A DNA stretch of 64,000 bases from the human T2T-CHM13v2.0 reference genome, Homo sapiens. Each line of letters begins with the position of its first letter. Within the stretch, counting starts at the first letter, position 1. A program made the position numbers and the translations under genes. The notes under the pieces are model-generated. The model made no database searches, was not told the origin of the DNA, and saw nothing but the letters and a program-made list of their open reading frames with translations. This document shows, in pieces, positions 1-13,200 of this stretch. The stretch lies in assembly GCF_009914755.1 (NCBI RefSeq), contig NC_060931.1, one strand, 5' to 3'.

Positions 1-859
1 GCCTAGTGTAGTAAGATAAAGGAAAGAATGATTAAATATTTTCCAAATGTGGAAACAAAAAACATAAGAACTGTCATAGTGAATCAGACCCGTGGCTCAT
101 CCCAGCGTTTTCTTTTAGGCATTGGCTTTGAGAAGAGAATACATTTCTTTTCCCACAGGTCAACTTCAAATGTTAGAAATTCAAATAAGTTGAACCAGGA
201 CTACTATAACCTAAACAGGTTATTTTCCCTTGTGGAGTTAATATTCACAAATTCGTTCTGGCCTTTTTCAATACTTTACATATTTTTATGTTCCCTAATT
301 TTATATGCTCCATAACATTTTAAAACTTTTAAATATTTTATTTGCTGTAAATCCATGCTAACTTTTAAAAATAAAACAATATCCTCCTTTTCTCGTAGTC
401 TAAATTTTATTAACATCTTTGCCCTTTAACTGTATTGATCCAGACTATAAGTTTTCTTAAACTTCACCTTTTTGATAAAAGAACAAAGTGTTTTCAAATT
501 ATTTTTATTGATCAGCCTTTTAAATAAAATTATTTTACCTTTATCAGCATTTAAAAATAGGTATTTTTTATTATGAATTTGTTTATTCATTGAACCCTTA
601 TTCTATGTTTAGTACTGGAGTAAGGGTTTAAGATAAGAAAATGAACCAAACTAAAAAGTTTCTTTATTTTTTTTTTTGCTATCATCTTTCCTAAAATAGT
701 ACAATCAAGAGTACAAGTTTATTTCAAGTAGCATTTCCATATATTTGGTAAAAATCTTTCTACCTCCATGTTTTTAATTTCACTATTATTATTAACCATA
801 AAAAATAAAAAGTAAATAATACCTACAGGTATTACTCCTACAGGTAAGCAGTCTCGTGG

Positions 860-2208
860 TGTTTTAAGCATGGTGCCTGGTAGTTGGGTGTGAAATTGGA
901 TTCGGTACTAGGTGATTGATAGAAGCTCAAAGGACCTTATGGAGTCTACTGGTGAAGATTTGAAGGACAGTGAGAAAAGTGTTATCGAGGGCTAGAAGAA
1001 ACAGGACAACTGTTGTATAGCGGTGAAATATTTAGCAACATTCTTGCTTCTTTTTACATGAAAAATATAAAAGATATCTATAAATATGACAACGGCTGTA
1101 AACATTTCTAGGCAAAATGTAGAAAAGTGTTCAGACATATTCTAGCTGCATATAATAATAAACGGGACAAGAATAAAGGAATTTAAAGTTTTAAGGCAAA
1201 ATTTACAGAAAATATTAATAAGCTTGATGAGTTTGAGGATAAAACTATTTCTCATCCTGAGATACTCCCAGAAAAAATATTCTCAAGATAAGAATTGGCT
1301 TCAGGGAAAAAATCAAATCCAGTGTACTACCAATAACATGGTGGGATCTAGGGTTATAGGAATCACAAGGTTGTGACTGTATGATTTTTGTTAAAACCTT
1401 AAAAATATTTAAGGGCCTGCCCAGGAAGGCTTCTAGAACTCTTAAGAGAATGCTTTATAGACGGATTCAATTAATAGGGATCTTCTTAAGGACAGTGTCC
1501 CAAAGTAGCATCTCAAGTTAAAGAAATATCATCAGGAGGAGGTATATGGTTATGGCTTTTGTCTGATTGAGCAGACTTATAATTTAATACATAAGAAACA
1601 TACAAAGTTTTTAAAGGAATGCTTATAGTTTGGCTAAAAGTGATAGAAACAGTACAAAATGAAAAGAGGTTGTTGAACCTCCAACCTACTGTGAGAAGGC
1701 AGCAGGTGGAGAAACTTGCTTAATGAAAAACACAAATATGTGTCTCTGGAAAAGAGGTAATGACTCAAACAGAAGAATCAAGAGCTCAGAGAATCATCTC
1801 CAGGAAGCTGAACTGAGTTAAAAACAAGAAACTGGCAATACGTGTTCTGCTGGATTTCATAATTGCTATGAACAAATGACTGCTGTGTATTTTGTGTTTC
1901 CTTACTTTTCGAATGGGAGTGTCTATTGCCGTTATCCTATGTCATTTTATGTTGGATGTATATATGGGGTGCAGATAATTTGTTTCTTTAGTTAATAGGT
2001 TTTTATTTCAAGATGAACTATATTCAAGGAGCTGTACCTGAGGAAGTACACTCAGGAACCCCATCTATATCCTGACCCGATTTAAATAATGGGGTCTGGA
2101 CTTCGAACAAATACCATAATGGGATGAGGTTTTTGAGGGTCTTGGAAGATGGTGAGTATATTTTGCATGTGGGATTGCAATATATTTTTGGGTTAAGAGG
2201 GTGGACAC
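860..2208 (+). mobile_element. ERVL-MaLR internal region (MLT1-int type), degenerate
   Basis: Ends in a typical MLT1-int 3' terminus (ggtgagtatattttgcatgtggg...ttttgggttaagagggtggac) directly abutting an MLT1 LTR. The 5' boundary is approximate and no clear 5' LTR is visible. Confidence 0.65.
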
Positions 2209-2715
2209 TGTAGCTTGTCTCAATAGTAGCTGCCATTATTTTTTTCCCTACTTGTTCACACATGTCATACCCCAGTGAAAGAGGAAGTCTATTTATCTTA
2301 ATGTCTTGGATGTGGGCTTGACTAACAGAATGTGATGAAAGTGACATTCTAGGCATTGAAGCTTTCACCTGTTTCTCTTGGAAAGCTTGTTTTGGAAAAA
2401 ACCAGCTTTCACATAAGAAGTCCAACTAATCTGTTACCTTCATGTTTTGAGATGAGAAAGAAGCCTTCTCCTGGAGAGAGAGAAGTCAGGTAGAACCAAG
2501 GTACTAGGCATGTGAGTTAAGAAAATATTTTAGAATTTTATCCCCAACCCCAGCTGCCAGAGCTAATGCCCATGAATCAAAGAAAAAAACATCCAGCTAT
2601 GCACTTTCCAAATTCTCCCCCTACAAAATTGTGAGTAAAATAAAATGGCTGTTTAAAGCCATTACACTTTGAAGTCACATGTTACACAATATACAACTCT
2701 TAAGTAAACCAAACA
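2209..2715 (+). mobile_element. MLT1-family LTR (3' LTR of the MaLR element)
   Basis: Starts TGTAG after the purine tract. Contains MLT1 motifs ttgactaacagaatgtgatgaaagtgaca and ataaaatggctgtttaaagcca...tgttacaca. Confidence 0.7.
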
Positions 2716-3799
2716 CAACTATACTATCATTTCAGGATTCATTTATAATTCTGAAGTACTTTTGGCAATAATTAGTTTTCTGGTGGGAAAATATTATGTT
2801 TACAAGTTGGAGTCTTAAATGTAGTTGATAGAAATATAGAGATCGCAAATTTTGACATTAGATTGGAAACTTAAATTGAGGCCTGATTTAGATTATACAT
2901 AAAGTATCTATATGCATAATCCTTAAAAATATGATGTAATCTATATAACACTATTCTCTTCACAGAGCACCCCAACTGCAAAAGCACTCTTGCTGTATGC
3001 ACTGATCATTCAAATCCCATCACAATTTCTATCTCCTTTGAAATAAACATAGCTAGGATTCTGGCTTTCAACATTCCTTTCCCATTCACCTACTCCTCTC
3101 ATCTTCAACACTTTCCAATCTTCCCCTAAAGGATCAGTTTACTTACAGAAAACTGGAATCAACAAAAGAACCACTAGACAGCTTAACATTTGAGAGGACT
3201 AGCTCTTTCTTTGACTTTCTGCCTTCACTCCAGTAACTGTTTTTCTCCCTTGTGATTTATGCCTCTCCAGAATCTAATTTCTGTAAAATATCTGCGTGCT
3301 TGTGCTTCTACCATTTTTTGTTGCTCAATTGCTCAAAAAATATGTTTCTTACCTATTTCAACATGTGTGTAAGATCTACTGCTGAATCTACCTGATATTA
3401 ATTTTTCTTACAGAGACAATAAAGCTTTAAGTTTGTAAGTTTTTAGACAGTTTGGTAAGACGTTATTCTTAAAACTCTTTTGAAAAACTAACTCCACATT
3501 TGTGTGTCTGTCATCTCCAAGACTAGTCAATCCCTGCCTATCACATTTTCCCAAAGAGGAGATGGTCATTTGAACAGACTGCTTTCTCTCTTCTATAACA
3601 CTGCATGAATTACTTCTATTACCTTATTTTTTACCTATTTTAAATTTATATCATGATCTATATTTTGACTCATCTTTACTTAATATAAAATGTTAATCAT
3701 TTAATTATATTGGGAGTACCCTTGAGGCAATAATAGATTCTTATCTTTTTATGGAAGTGGTTTTAAAAAATTGTAGAAATAAAAAGGTGGTTTTCAACA

Positions 3800-3935
3800 A
3801 ATAGTATAAATAAGATTAACTCCGAGATTTATTCTATGGGTCTGAGATGAGGCTAAGAATCTGCATTTCACTTACTTTAGGATTCCAATTGTTTCTGGTG
3901 CAGATGGCCAAAGACTATACAACAAAATGCTGCTT
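3800..3935. mobile_element. MER5-like hAT-Charlie fragment
   Basis: gggtctgagatgaggctaagaatctgcattt resembles the MER5 core; highly diverged. Confidence 0.45.
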
Positions 3936-5365
3936 TAGACAATAGGGATGTGATTTAAGACAATTTCCTATAGTAATGTAAGGCAGCGAGTGACTAAAGG
4001 GCAGAGTCCAGTTAGAAAACCTTTGCAGAAGTCCAGAGAAGATATCAGGAGAGGGCTGATCTACACAGAAGCATTAGCAATAGAAAGGAGGGGACAGATG
4101 GAAGCTAAACTAGCTATTAACAAGTTCCTGAAACTGTTTTCTATTAAAGCTGCCTTAGAAAATGAAAATGTACTGTGTAAGCACTAAAACAAACACAACC
4201 AAAAAGATGTTTTCTTAACTGGGAAATTATGATGTGCAGTTATGTTTGGTATCTAAATGCAAATTTTGCATGTAGGCTGCATTTATGGAAGAACTGAAAA
4301 CAACCACAATACACTATATCATAGTAGAAACAAAACAGACTAGCTGTACTTGGCATAGTAATGATAAGCCCTTTAAATTAAATCTTTATGCAGATTCTAT
4401 TTTATACTCCAAACTTTTCATGGAGCCTTGTGTAATTCTGATGTGTAAACCAACAAACAGAGAGGCTCTGTGTATGGAGTAGCTGGTTTGGATACCAGCT
4501 GGCTTGGCTGTGCGCCTTTCTAATGGTAATGAAGTCACACAGCTGCTAGGACAATCAGCTGGAGTTCAGATTGTCACTAGCTAAATGGATATCCATTGAC
4601 TAGCTTCTTATCCGGACTCATTAAAGTTTAGTATTGACAAATAGTGGCTGGAGGTTTACAACTAAGAGGCATGTAGAAATGAACTTGTTGACTATTTTTT
4701 CCCTATAGCTTTTGCTTTGTGATTCACAGAATGTCATTCATCTGCTTGAGATGCGTGATTACTAATGCACTGTAAAATTTTAAGCACTCTTCTGCTTATA
4801 ATTTTCAAAGTGAATGAATGTTCTGAAGCAAGTAGTCACAGGCATCAATAAGTTGTCAGTATATGAAAACACAAAGAACAATCAGAAAGTACTATTTTTC
4901 TTTAAAACAAATAAAAAGAAGGTATGATTTGCACAAAAAGTTTATAACTTGAGGTTGATTTTTATTTTAAATATTCTTATAGGTATTTTACTGGATAATT
5001 TCTAAGAGTTGACTGCATCTACACTAGTCAACATGCCACTAAATACTAGATGATTTCTTTTAACCAAGCAAATTGGATAGATAAGAATAGTCACTGGTAA
5101 TTTTGTTAATTCGATAGTCATCTCTTGAACATGCTAACACTTTTCCAAATCCTCAAAGGAACAAGAGCCAGAAATCAACACCTGTTGGGTCAGAAGTGAA
5201 GAATAAGCCTTCATGTTGATAAAGCTCTACGGTGCTATCTCTTAACCCCTGGCCTCACTGAAGGCATAGAGCTTAGATATAATGTTCCATTCCTTGTCCT
5301 CATATCCTATGCAGTTTGTGTTCTTAAGAACATGTTTTGTCTTGTTTCAAGAATAGACTAAACTT

Positions 5366-5712
<347 letters not shown>

Positions 5713-6949
5713 CTAACTTCTACCTTTCACAACTTTGCTGCCTTGTGAAGGTTTTGAAAACACTGGATCCATGCTACCCATGTTTTGCCTCCAAAGACCA
5801 ATGTAAAATTGCCTCCTGACTGTGTGTGTGTATAATTATCTGCCTTAGACTATGATGACACCTTTAGGCTCTTTGTGAACTAGAAAAATAAAAAGTTAGC
5901 AGACCTTCCTCAAGAAGATATGGAAGTAGAAAATGCTAGAGCAATACAAAATGTGAATGACGCTCAAACGCCAGTAATTTGCTTCTTTACCATGTCCTCA
6001 TGTGTAAATTCTCTTTCCCTTTCCTTGATCTACAGGACACTTGCTTACTTTCCAGGTCTCTTTCCTGTGGATTCCAAAGGCAGGGCAACATTCTTCCATT
6101 GTCAGTAGTGTAATAAAAAATGTTCTCATTTTTATTCATACCCAGATTTTTTTTTATAATTCTGCCTAATATCGTCAAGTGTAAGTAATACAAAGCAGGC
6201 CTATGGCATTCATTGTTAAATGTATACTCTCTAGCTCACAATGTGAACCACAAAAAATAATCCAGTTGTGGATTCCAGCTGTTTCTAGTGCAAATGGCCA
6301 AAGACTACAACAAAACACTTCACTAGACACGATGACTAACCACTCTTCCTGGTAACTCAGAATAAAGATTTTGGCAAAATTTTCTGATTAGAGTATAAAA
6401 TTTCATGCCTCCCACAAATCAATAGATGTAAACTCACCCACATAAAGGATGTTGTCTTGACTCAACAGAGCAAGCTTAGTGCAAGTCCAGACCTTCATAT
6501 GATGTAAAAGTTTTTGTAAGGCAAAATGGAAAATTCCTACAGTTAAAAACTTTTGCTTAATCATGTTTTAAACTTCTTAAAGAGAAAAAAATAGACTATG
6601 TAGCTATAAAACATTTATTAAAAAAAGGTAGACAATATGCAAATAAAGTTTCTGTACACTGGCAGAGAACTGTACCAGGATTTAGACGGCCTGGCTAACT
6701 CTGGGAACTCAAGCAAGTCATTTAATCTCTCTTGATTTGATAAGCAAAATAAGAGTTTTGATTTCATGAATTCATTCATTCATTCACAAAACAAAGATGT
6801 GCCATAGATTCAGCAAGGCACTGGAAAATTGGAGAGCCACGCACTAACCTCTGAGGGCAGCATACCTGGAATCCCTAGAGTCCCTGCCAGTCCAGGATAC
6901 TATAAGTGGGTGAATAGAGATATCATTCCTTGGAATTTTCCACACAAAA

Positions 6950-7380
6950 AAGAACAATGACTGCTGATATTCTCTGCTATGGCTAAGGCTGCTGGTACTC
7001 CTTGATACCCTGTAATTTGCTGTCTTTTCCAGCAAGTTGACCATTGATTAGCTCTGGCCAGTGGATTGTAAGTAGAAGTCATATATATCAATTCTGGCCC
7101 ACAGTAGTTATGTATCAAGAGTTCCATTTTTTGCCCTCTTTTCTATTCCATCTGCAGGCTGGATGATGCCAAGGTGACATACAAATTTGTATTCACATTG
7201 TGAGGACAAATATGGCAGAGGCACTAGCTGCAAGTGCCTGATGTCTGGGTTATTTAAAAGAGAGCAGCCTGACTGATAGACAAGATATAACACAATAACT
7301 TCTATTGTGTTAAGCCATAGAGATTTGAAGGCCTGCTTGTTGTTGCAGCATAACCTAGCCTAGTGTGCTTAACTCAAACA
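6950..7380 (+). mobile_element. Old MLT1 (I/J/K-like) LTR
   Basis: 3' end ttgtgttaagccatagagatttg...ttgttgcagcataacctagcc...aaca matches an MLT1 terminus. The 5' edge is uncertain. Confidence 0.65.
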
Positions 7381-9433
7381 ACTATATATTATTATAAACC
7401 TCACTCAATGACATCTAAAATTAAGAGCAATGTATTTTTTGATGCTTTTTATGGCAATTCAGAATCTAGTATCTTATTCACTGGGCATCATAAATTAAAA
7501 TTAGTATTTAGATTCTGATATTTTCTATAGGGCATATTGCCAGTTTTAATGAAATACTTAACTCCCCTGAGCATACTGTCAGAAATGCTCCAAAAATTCT
7601 TTAATGTGCCGTGTGAAAGTCTCAATGGTCTCTTACTAATCAACATTATAATGGAAAATACACATACTAGTTAATAATTAAATATGTCAAACCATAAAGT
7701 ATATGAAGATATTTTCATTTTGTATTACACTTTGCACAGAAAATTTCACAGTGTTCTCATTTTTTACTGCTGTTAGGAGGTATCTGTGATTTCCATTTCT
7801 TCTTTCACCCTTTCTTTTCAGGTATCCAGGGAGGGCCATATGTTGAACCAATGTGATACCCCCTGAAGCAGGCTTTCCTCATTAGTATGCTACGTCTTGC
7901 AGCATTCTATGTACTATCTATCGAAATTCCACTATGTTGGCACAGGTCTGACCAACTTGCAAGTAGGCACAATGCCAAACATGCAGATGGCAGGAGGGGA
8001 AAGAGCCAAAAAAACATGTGAGTCAACTGTGGGTACTGATGGCAAAATTCCCAGAAATGCAGGTCCAAACACTTGTCCATCCTAAGCTTATAGTACATAC
8101 TTACAGAGACACAGATTTGTCAACAATAATCTAGCACTGAGTTAGATCAATTATTTAAAATATTTTAAATCTACTTTTGGCTACTGTGGGTAACAACAAG
8201 GCAATGATTCAACAAAGGTTGGTGTTTAGTCTTTCGTCTTTACCCAGATGACTTCTCAATAGACAATCAGGCGGCATATTTAAACAATTATTTCTACCTA
8301 TATTAGTTATGAATAAAGGAGAAACGTGCATCTTGTCTTTATTTATATAAACTATATAATTAAAACACAAGAAAAATATTAAGACACTATACACTGAGAC
8401 TAAATACTGTTAGCACAGTAGGGCTCAAATTGTGGCTCTATTAAATATTCTTCCTTGACCTCTTCTGCCTGCTTGATCAAAAAAATTTATTGTGTTTTAT
8501 AAACTAGTAAACTTCATTATCAGGACTGGATCTGTGAACGCATAAAATGAATAGTACCTGATTTGAAGATCTTTAAAAGGCTCATTCATTTAAATAATCC
8601 ATTTTCTGCTGTTTTGGCAGTTTGCCTGAAATGTCTCAAATTATTGCCACTTAGGTTAAGCTATTGTATCTCCTGAAGGTGTTGATTTTAGAAGGAAAAC
8701 ATTTTATTGAGAAAAGAATAAAATTAGGTTTTGAATATATAGGTAGGATGAAGTTTAATCATTGCAGTAAATGCTCCTTAGCAACTACTGTAAAAGGCTC
8801 CCAGAATCTCTACACCTTACTTTTGAGCTTTAATAAGGACAATTCCTATTAAATCAGTTTTAGGGAGAGCATCTGTTAGATAAGTTGATACTGAACTTCT
8901 AGAGGTAAGGTTGAAAATACTTTGAAAATTAATTTGTGGTATAGATGACCTATTTAATATGTTTCTCAATGAGTCATATAATTTAGTCATGTCTCTTGAC
9001 CCCAGATCTAGTGTTTTTGTTACTATACTATCATTCTGACGTTTTACAGAATTGAATTGGTTCATTTATATAAGCATTTTCAGTTTAAGGTATATGTAGG
9101 AACATCACATTCATTCTTCAAGTGAGTATTTTATGAACAATGTCATACAAATTTAGAATTTTAATCTAGCATGAAGAAAACAATTTGCCCTTTCAAAAGT
9201 GAGTCTTTACATCCTGCCACATTTCCAGAAATTACTTAAATTCCAGCATTTAGTACACATGACATTTGGTCTCTCTTTTGATTGGACACCATACTGCCAT
9301 TTATGTTTTGATTCCTGGTCAATTTATGTCTATTGCCTACAGGTATAGCTTGTATACCAAACACTGAAGGCATATAGGAATACCTCAGAGATATTGAGGG
9401 TTCAGTTCTAGAACACCACAATAAAGCTAATAC

Positions 9434-10020
9434 TGTGGGAAAGAGAGTTTCTGGGGTGCCAGTTGAGTTGGTCTCCCCTGTGTGAGACACCCATGGGGAG
9501 CCATGGGTGGCCTCTGAAGAGAAAAGTCTCCCTATTGCCTTCATGTCTTTATGCCCGGAGAGAATAACCACTCAGCGGCATGCCACAGGTTGCTCAGGGA
9601 GATAACACTCCCCTGAAGCAGTGGAGTATAATCAAACATCTTGGCTCCTCCTGAAACCCACTCCCACCCATTTCAGTCCTGATAAGTTAAAGATCTTAAG
9701 TAGTTTAGACACATGCCTTTGCTCAAGGAAATTCACAGAAACCGCCACTGCTATACATCTTATTGAATGACTCACGAGTTCTCCTTCACATATTAATCCT
9801 TTTCCTCATCGGTTCCTCCCCCTCTCATCTGCCCTAAGAACAAAGGGCTTATAAACCAATAAATCGGGCAGAGCCCGAGAGCTCTGGGCCGTGAGCAAGC
9901 CTCCGACGCTCTGGTCCCCTGGACCCGCCTTTTAAAAGCTTATTCTGTCTCTTTCTAACTCCTTTGTCTCCGCCAGACTCGGGGTACCTGCTGGGTGGTG
10001 TGGGGCTGGTTTCCCCAACA
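9434..10020 (+). mobile_element. Solo LTR, LTR14C (HERV-K14C / HML-9 family)
   Basis: 587 bp, TGTGGGAAAG...TTCCCCAACA, matching the recalled LTR14C consensus. Probable TSD aatac/aatcc. TGACTCA at 9768-9774, AATAAA at 9858-9863, CpGs retained in the 3' part. Confidence 0.88.
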
Positions 10021-10088
10021 AATCCAGTAAGAAAGTGAGTCACACAAAATTTTCTATTTCCCACTGCAAATAAAAGTTATAATCACTT

Positions 10089-10277
10089 GGCCAGGCATGG
10101 TGGCTCGCCTATAATCCCCGCACATTGGGAGGCCGAGGCGGGCGGGTCATGAGGTCAGGAGATGGAGACCATCCTGGCTGACACGGTGAAACCCCGTCTC
10201 TACTCAAAAATAGAAAAAATTAGCCCGGCGTGGCGGCGGGCGCCTGTAGTCCCAGCTACTCGGGAGGCTGAGGCGGG
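10089..10277 (+). mobile_element. AluY-like element truncated at its 3' end (no tail)
   Basis: AluY-type gaggtcaggagat.gagaccatcctggct.acacggtg and CpG-rich right arm. The sequence stops at gaggctgaggcggg and joins Tigger1. Confidence 0.93.
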
Positions 10278-13200
10278 GATCTTGTCTCAATGCTGAGGCT
10301 GTTGACCAATCAGGGTGGTGGTTGCTGAAGGCTGGGGTGGCTGTGGCAATTTCTTAAAGTAAGACAACAATCAAGTTTGCCACATCCATTGCCACCTCCT
10401 TTCAAAAATGATTTCTCTGCAGCATTTGATGCTGTGTGATAGCATTTTATCCACAGGAGATCTTTCAAAACTGGGGTCAGTCTTCTTAAATCTTGCTGCT
10501 GCTTTACCAACTAAGTTTTCGTAATAGTCTACATCCTTTGTTGTCATTTCAACAATGTTCACAGTATCTTTACTAGGAGTGCATTCCATCCCAAGAAACC
10601 ACTTTTTTTGGCTCATCCATAAGAACCAACTCCCCATTCATTCATTTTTTCATGACATTGCAGTTATTCAGTCACATCTTCAGGCTCCATTTCTTATTCT
10701 TGCTATTTCTACCACGTATGCAGTTACTTCCTCCACTGAAGTCTTGAGCCCCTCAGAGTCATACATGAGGGTTGGCATCAACTTCTTACAAACTCCTGTT
10801 ACTGTCAGTATTTTGACCTCCTCCCAAGAATCATAAATGTCCTTAATAGCATCTAGAATGGCAAATCCTTTCCAGAAAGGTGTACTTTTCCCAGGTCCAT
10901 TTGATAAATCACTATCTATGACAGCTATAGCCTTACAAAATGTATTTCTTAAATAATAAGATGTGAAAGTAAAATTACTCCTTGATCCATGGCTTGCAGA
11001 ATGAATGTTGTGTTAGCAGGCATAAAAACATTAATCTCCTTGTATACCTCCATCAGAGCTCTTGGGTAACTAGGTACATTGCAAATGAATCATAATATTT
11101 TGAAAGGAATCTTATTTTCTGAGCAGTAGGTCTCAACAGTAGGATGAAAATATTCAGTAAACAATGCTGTAAACAAACGTGCTTCTATTCTGGCTTTGTT
11201 ATTCCATTTATATTGCACAGTTAGAGTAGATTTTGAGATGATTATTAAGGGTCCTAGGATCTTCAGAATGGTCAATGAGCACTGGCTTCATCTTAAAGTC
11301 ACCAACTGCATTAGCTCCTAACAAAAGTCAGCCAGTCCTTTGAAGCTTTGAAGCCATGTACTGGCCTCTTTTCTCTAGCCATGAAAGTCCTAGATAGCAT
11401 CTTCTTCAGTAAAAGTCTGTTTTGTCTACATTGAAAATCTGTTGCTTAGTGTACACCTTCATCAATTTAGCTAAATCGCCAAATCTTCTGGATAACTTGC
11501 TGCAGCTTCTCTGTCAGCACTTGCTTGCTGTGTCACCTTGTACTTTAAAGCTCTGGAGATGGCTTCTTTCCTTAAAACTCAAGAACCAACCTATGCTAGC
11601 TTCCAACTTTTCTTCTGCAGCTTCCTCACCTCTCTTAGCCTTCATAGAACTGAAGAGAGTTAGGGTCTTGCTCTGAATTAGGATTTGACTTAAGGAAATG
11701 TAGCTAGTTTGATCTTCTGTCCAGACCACTAAAACTTGCTCCATATCAGTAATAAGGCTGTTTCACTTTCACTTCATAGTTCATGGGAGTAACCCTTTTA
11801 ATTCCTTTCAAGAACATTTCCTTTTCATTCACAACTTGAATAACTGTTTGGCTCAAGTGGCTTAGCTTTCAGTATCTCTTGGCTTTCAAAATGCCTTCCT
11901 CACTCAGCTTAATCATTTTTAGCTTTTGATAGAAAGTGACAGATATGCAACTCTTCCTTTCACTTGAATACTTAGAGGCCATGGTAGGGTTATTAATAGC
12001 CTAATTTCAATATTGTGTCTCAGGGAACAGGGAGGCCCGAGAAGAAGGCGAAACAGAGGAATGGCTGCAGCTTCTCCATCAGCAGTCAGCGAAGAAGTCA
12101 GAATGCAGAATTGATGAGGTTCACTCTCTTTTATGGGTGCATTTGTGGTATTCCCAAACAATGACAACAGTAACATCAAAGATTACTTATCACAAATCAC
12201 CAAAGCAGATATAATAATGAAAATATTTGAAATATTGCAAGAATTACCAAAAAGTGACAGAAAACATAAAGTGATCACATGCATTTAAAAAAATGGTGCT
12301 GATAGATTTGCTCAAAATAGGGTTGCCATAGACCTTCAATTTATAAAAAGCACAGTGTCTGTAAAGTGCAATAAAGCAGAGCACAATAAAATGAGGTATG
12401 CTTGTACTTCAGAACAACACCAGCATACTTATGTTTGCAAAACATGAAACACAATCATAGAAGCTGATGTTTGAGAAATCCACGTTATTTTTACCTTCTT
12501 TACAAGATGGAATTATTGGGTTTCATTTGATTACCAAGAAGGATTTTAATAAGTTATACATAATCAATGACTATCCAAAGAGTAGAATTTTCTCTATCAG
12601 AACTATGTTTTTCTTGTAGTATATTAACATGTTAAGAGATAGCCTTACTCTTAAAGTTCAACTTGTACATCAGATAGATTAAAATGTCATTAGCTTGCTG
12701 GAATGCTCTTTCTATAATCTCTTCCTGACAACTCAGTCTTTTATTTTCTTTTTTAATTTTTCTTAAATCATTCCTATAGACGTCTCAGGTTTTAGAATCT
12801 GACTTCCAGCCATTGAGAAAACAAAGAAACTAGTATGGTAGTGTATGGTTTTCTCAAATTATAATTAAGGTGTACATATAAAAATTTTAACACCTTTTTT
12901 TCTCTACTAAATGTGATTAGAAGGCTCCCTGTCCCTTATATATTATAGAACTCAATTATAACACAGCTTATTATTATACAGGTTTTGAAACACCAGAAAT
13001 TATAAAATCTCCCTCAGACAAAGTTTACACACCAAAACCTGAAAGAGCTTATTTGAACTAAACGAGGAGGTTTTGCTTTATGATCATTCATTTTACTCTC
13101 TTCTATATTCCTTCCTTCCTTCAATCATGTGGTCATTTATTCATTCACCAAGTAATTGTTGAAAATTTACTACATGTCAAGAACTGGGGCAGATACAAAG

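Larger units (their letters stand above)
9375..12404 (-). mobile_element. Tigger1 (TcMar-Tigger) DNA transposon, near full length, transposase inactivated
   Basis: TIRs taggaatacctc... (9375) and ...gaggtatgcttg (12404), each flanked by TA. Minus-strand ORF fragments are Tigger/pogo transposase ([20 protein letters not shown]; [30 protein letters not shown]; [20 protein letters not shown]). Interrupted by an LTR and an Alu. Confidence 0.97.

Noticed and set aside
2024-2425. 133-aa minus-strand ORF
   Set aside because: Antisense to an MLT1 internal/LTR junction, with no recognisable protein similarity.
10310-12179. Transposase-like ORFs as a domesticated TIGD-type gene
   Set aside because: The frame is broken into many short pieces by stops and frameshifts, as expected for a neutrally decaying Tigger1.
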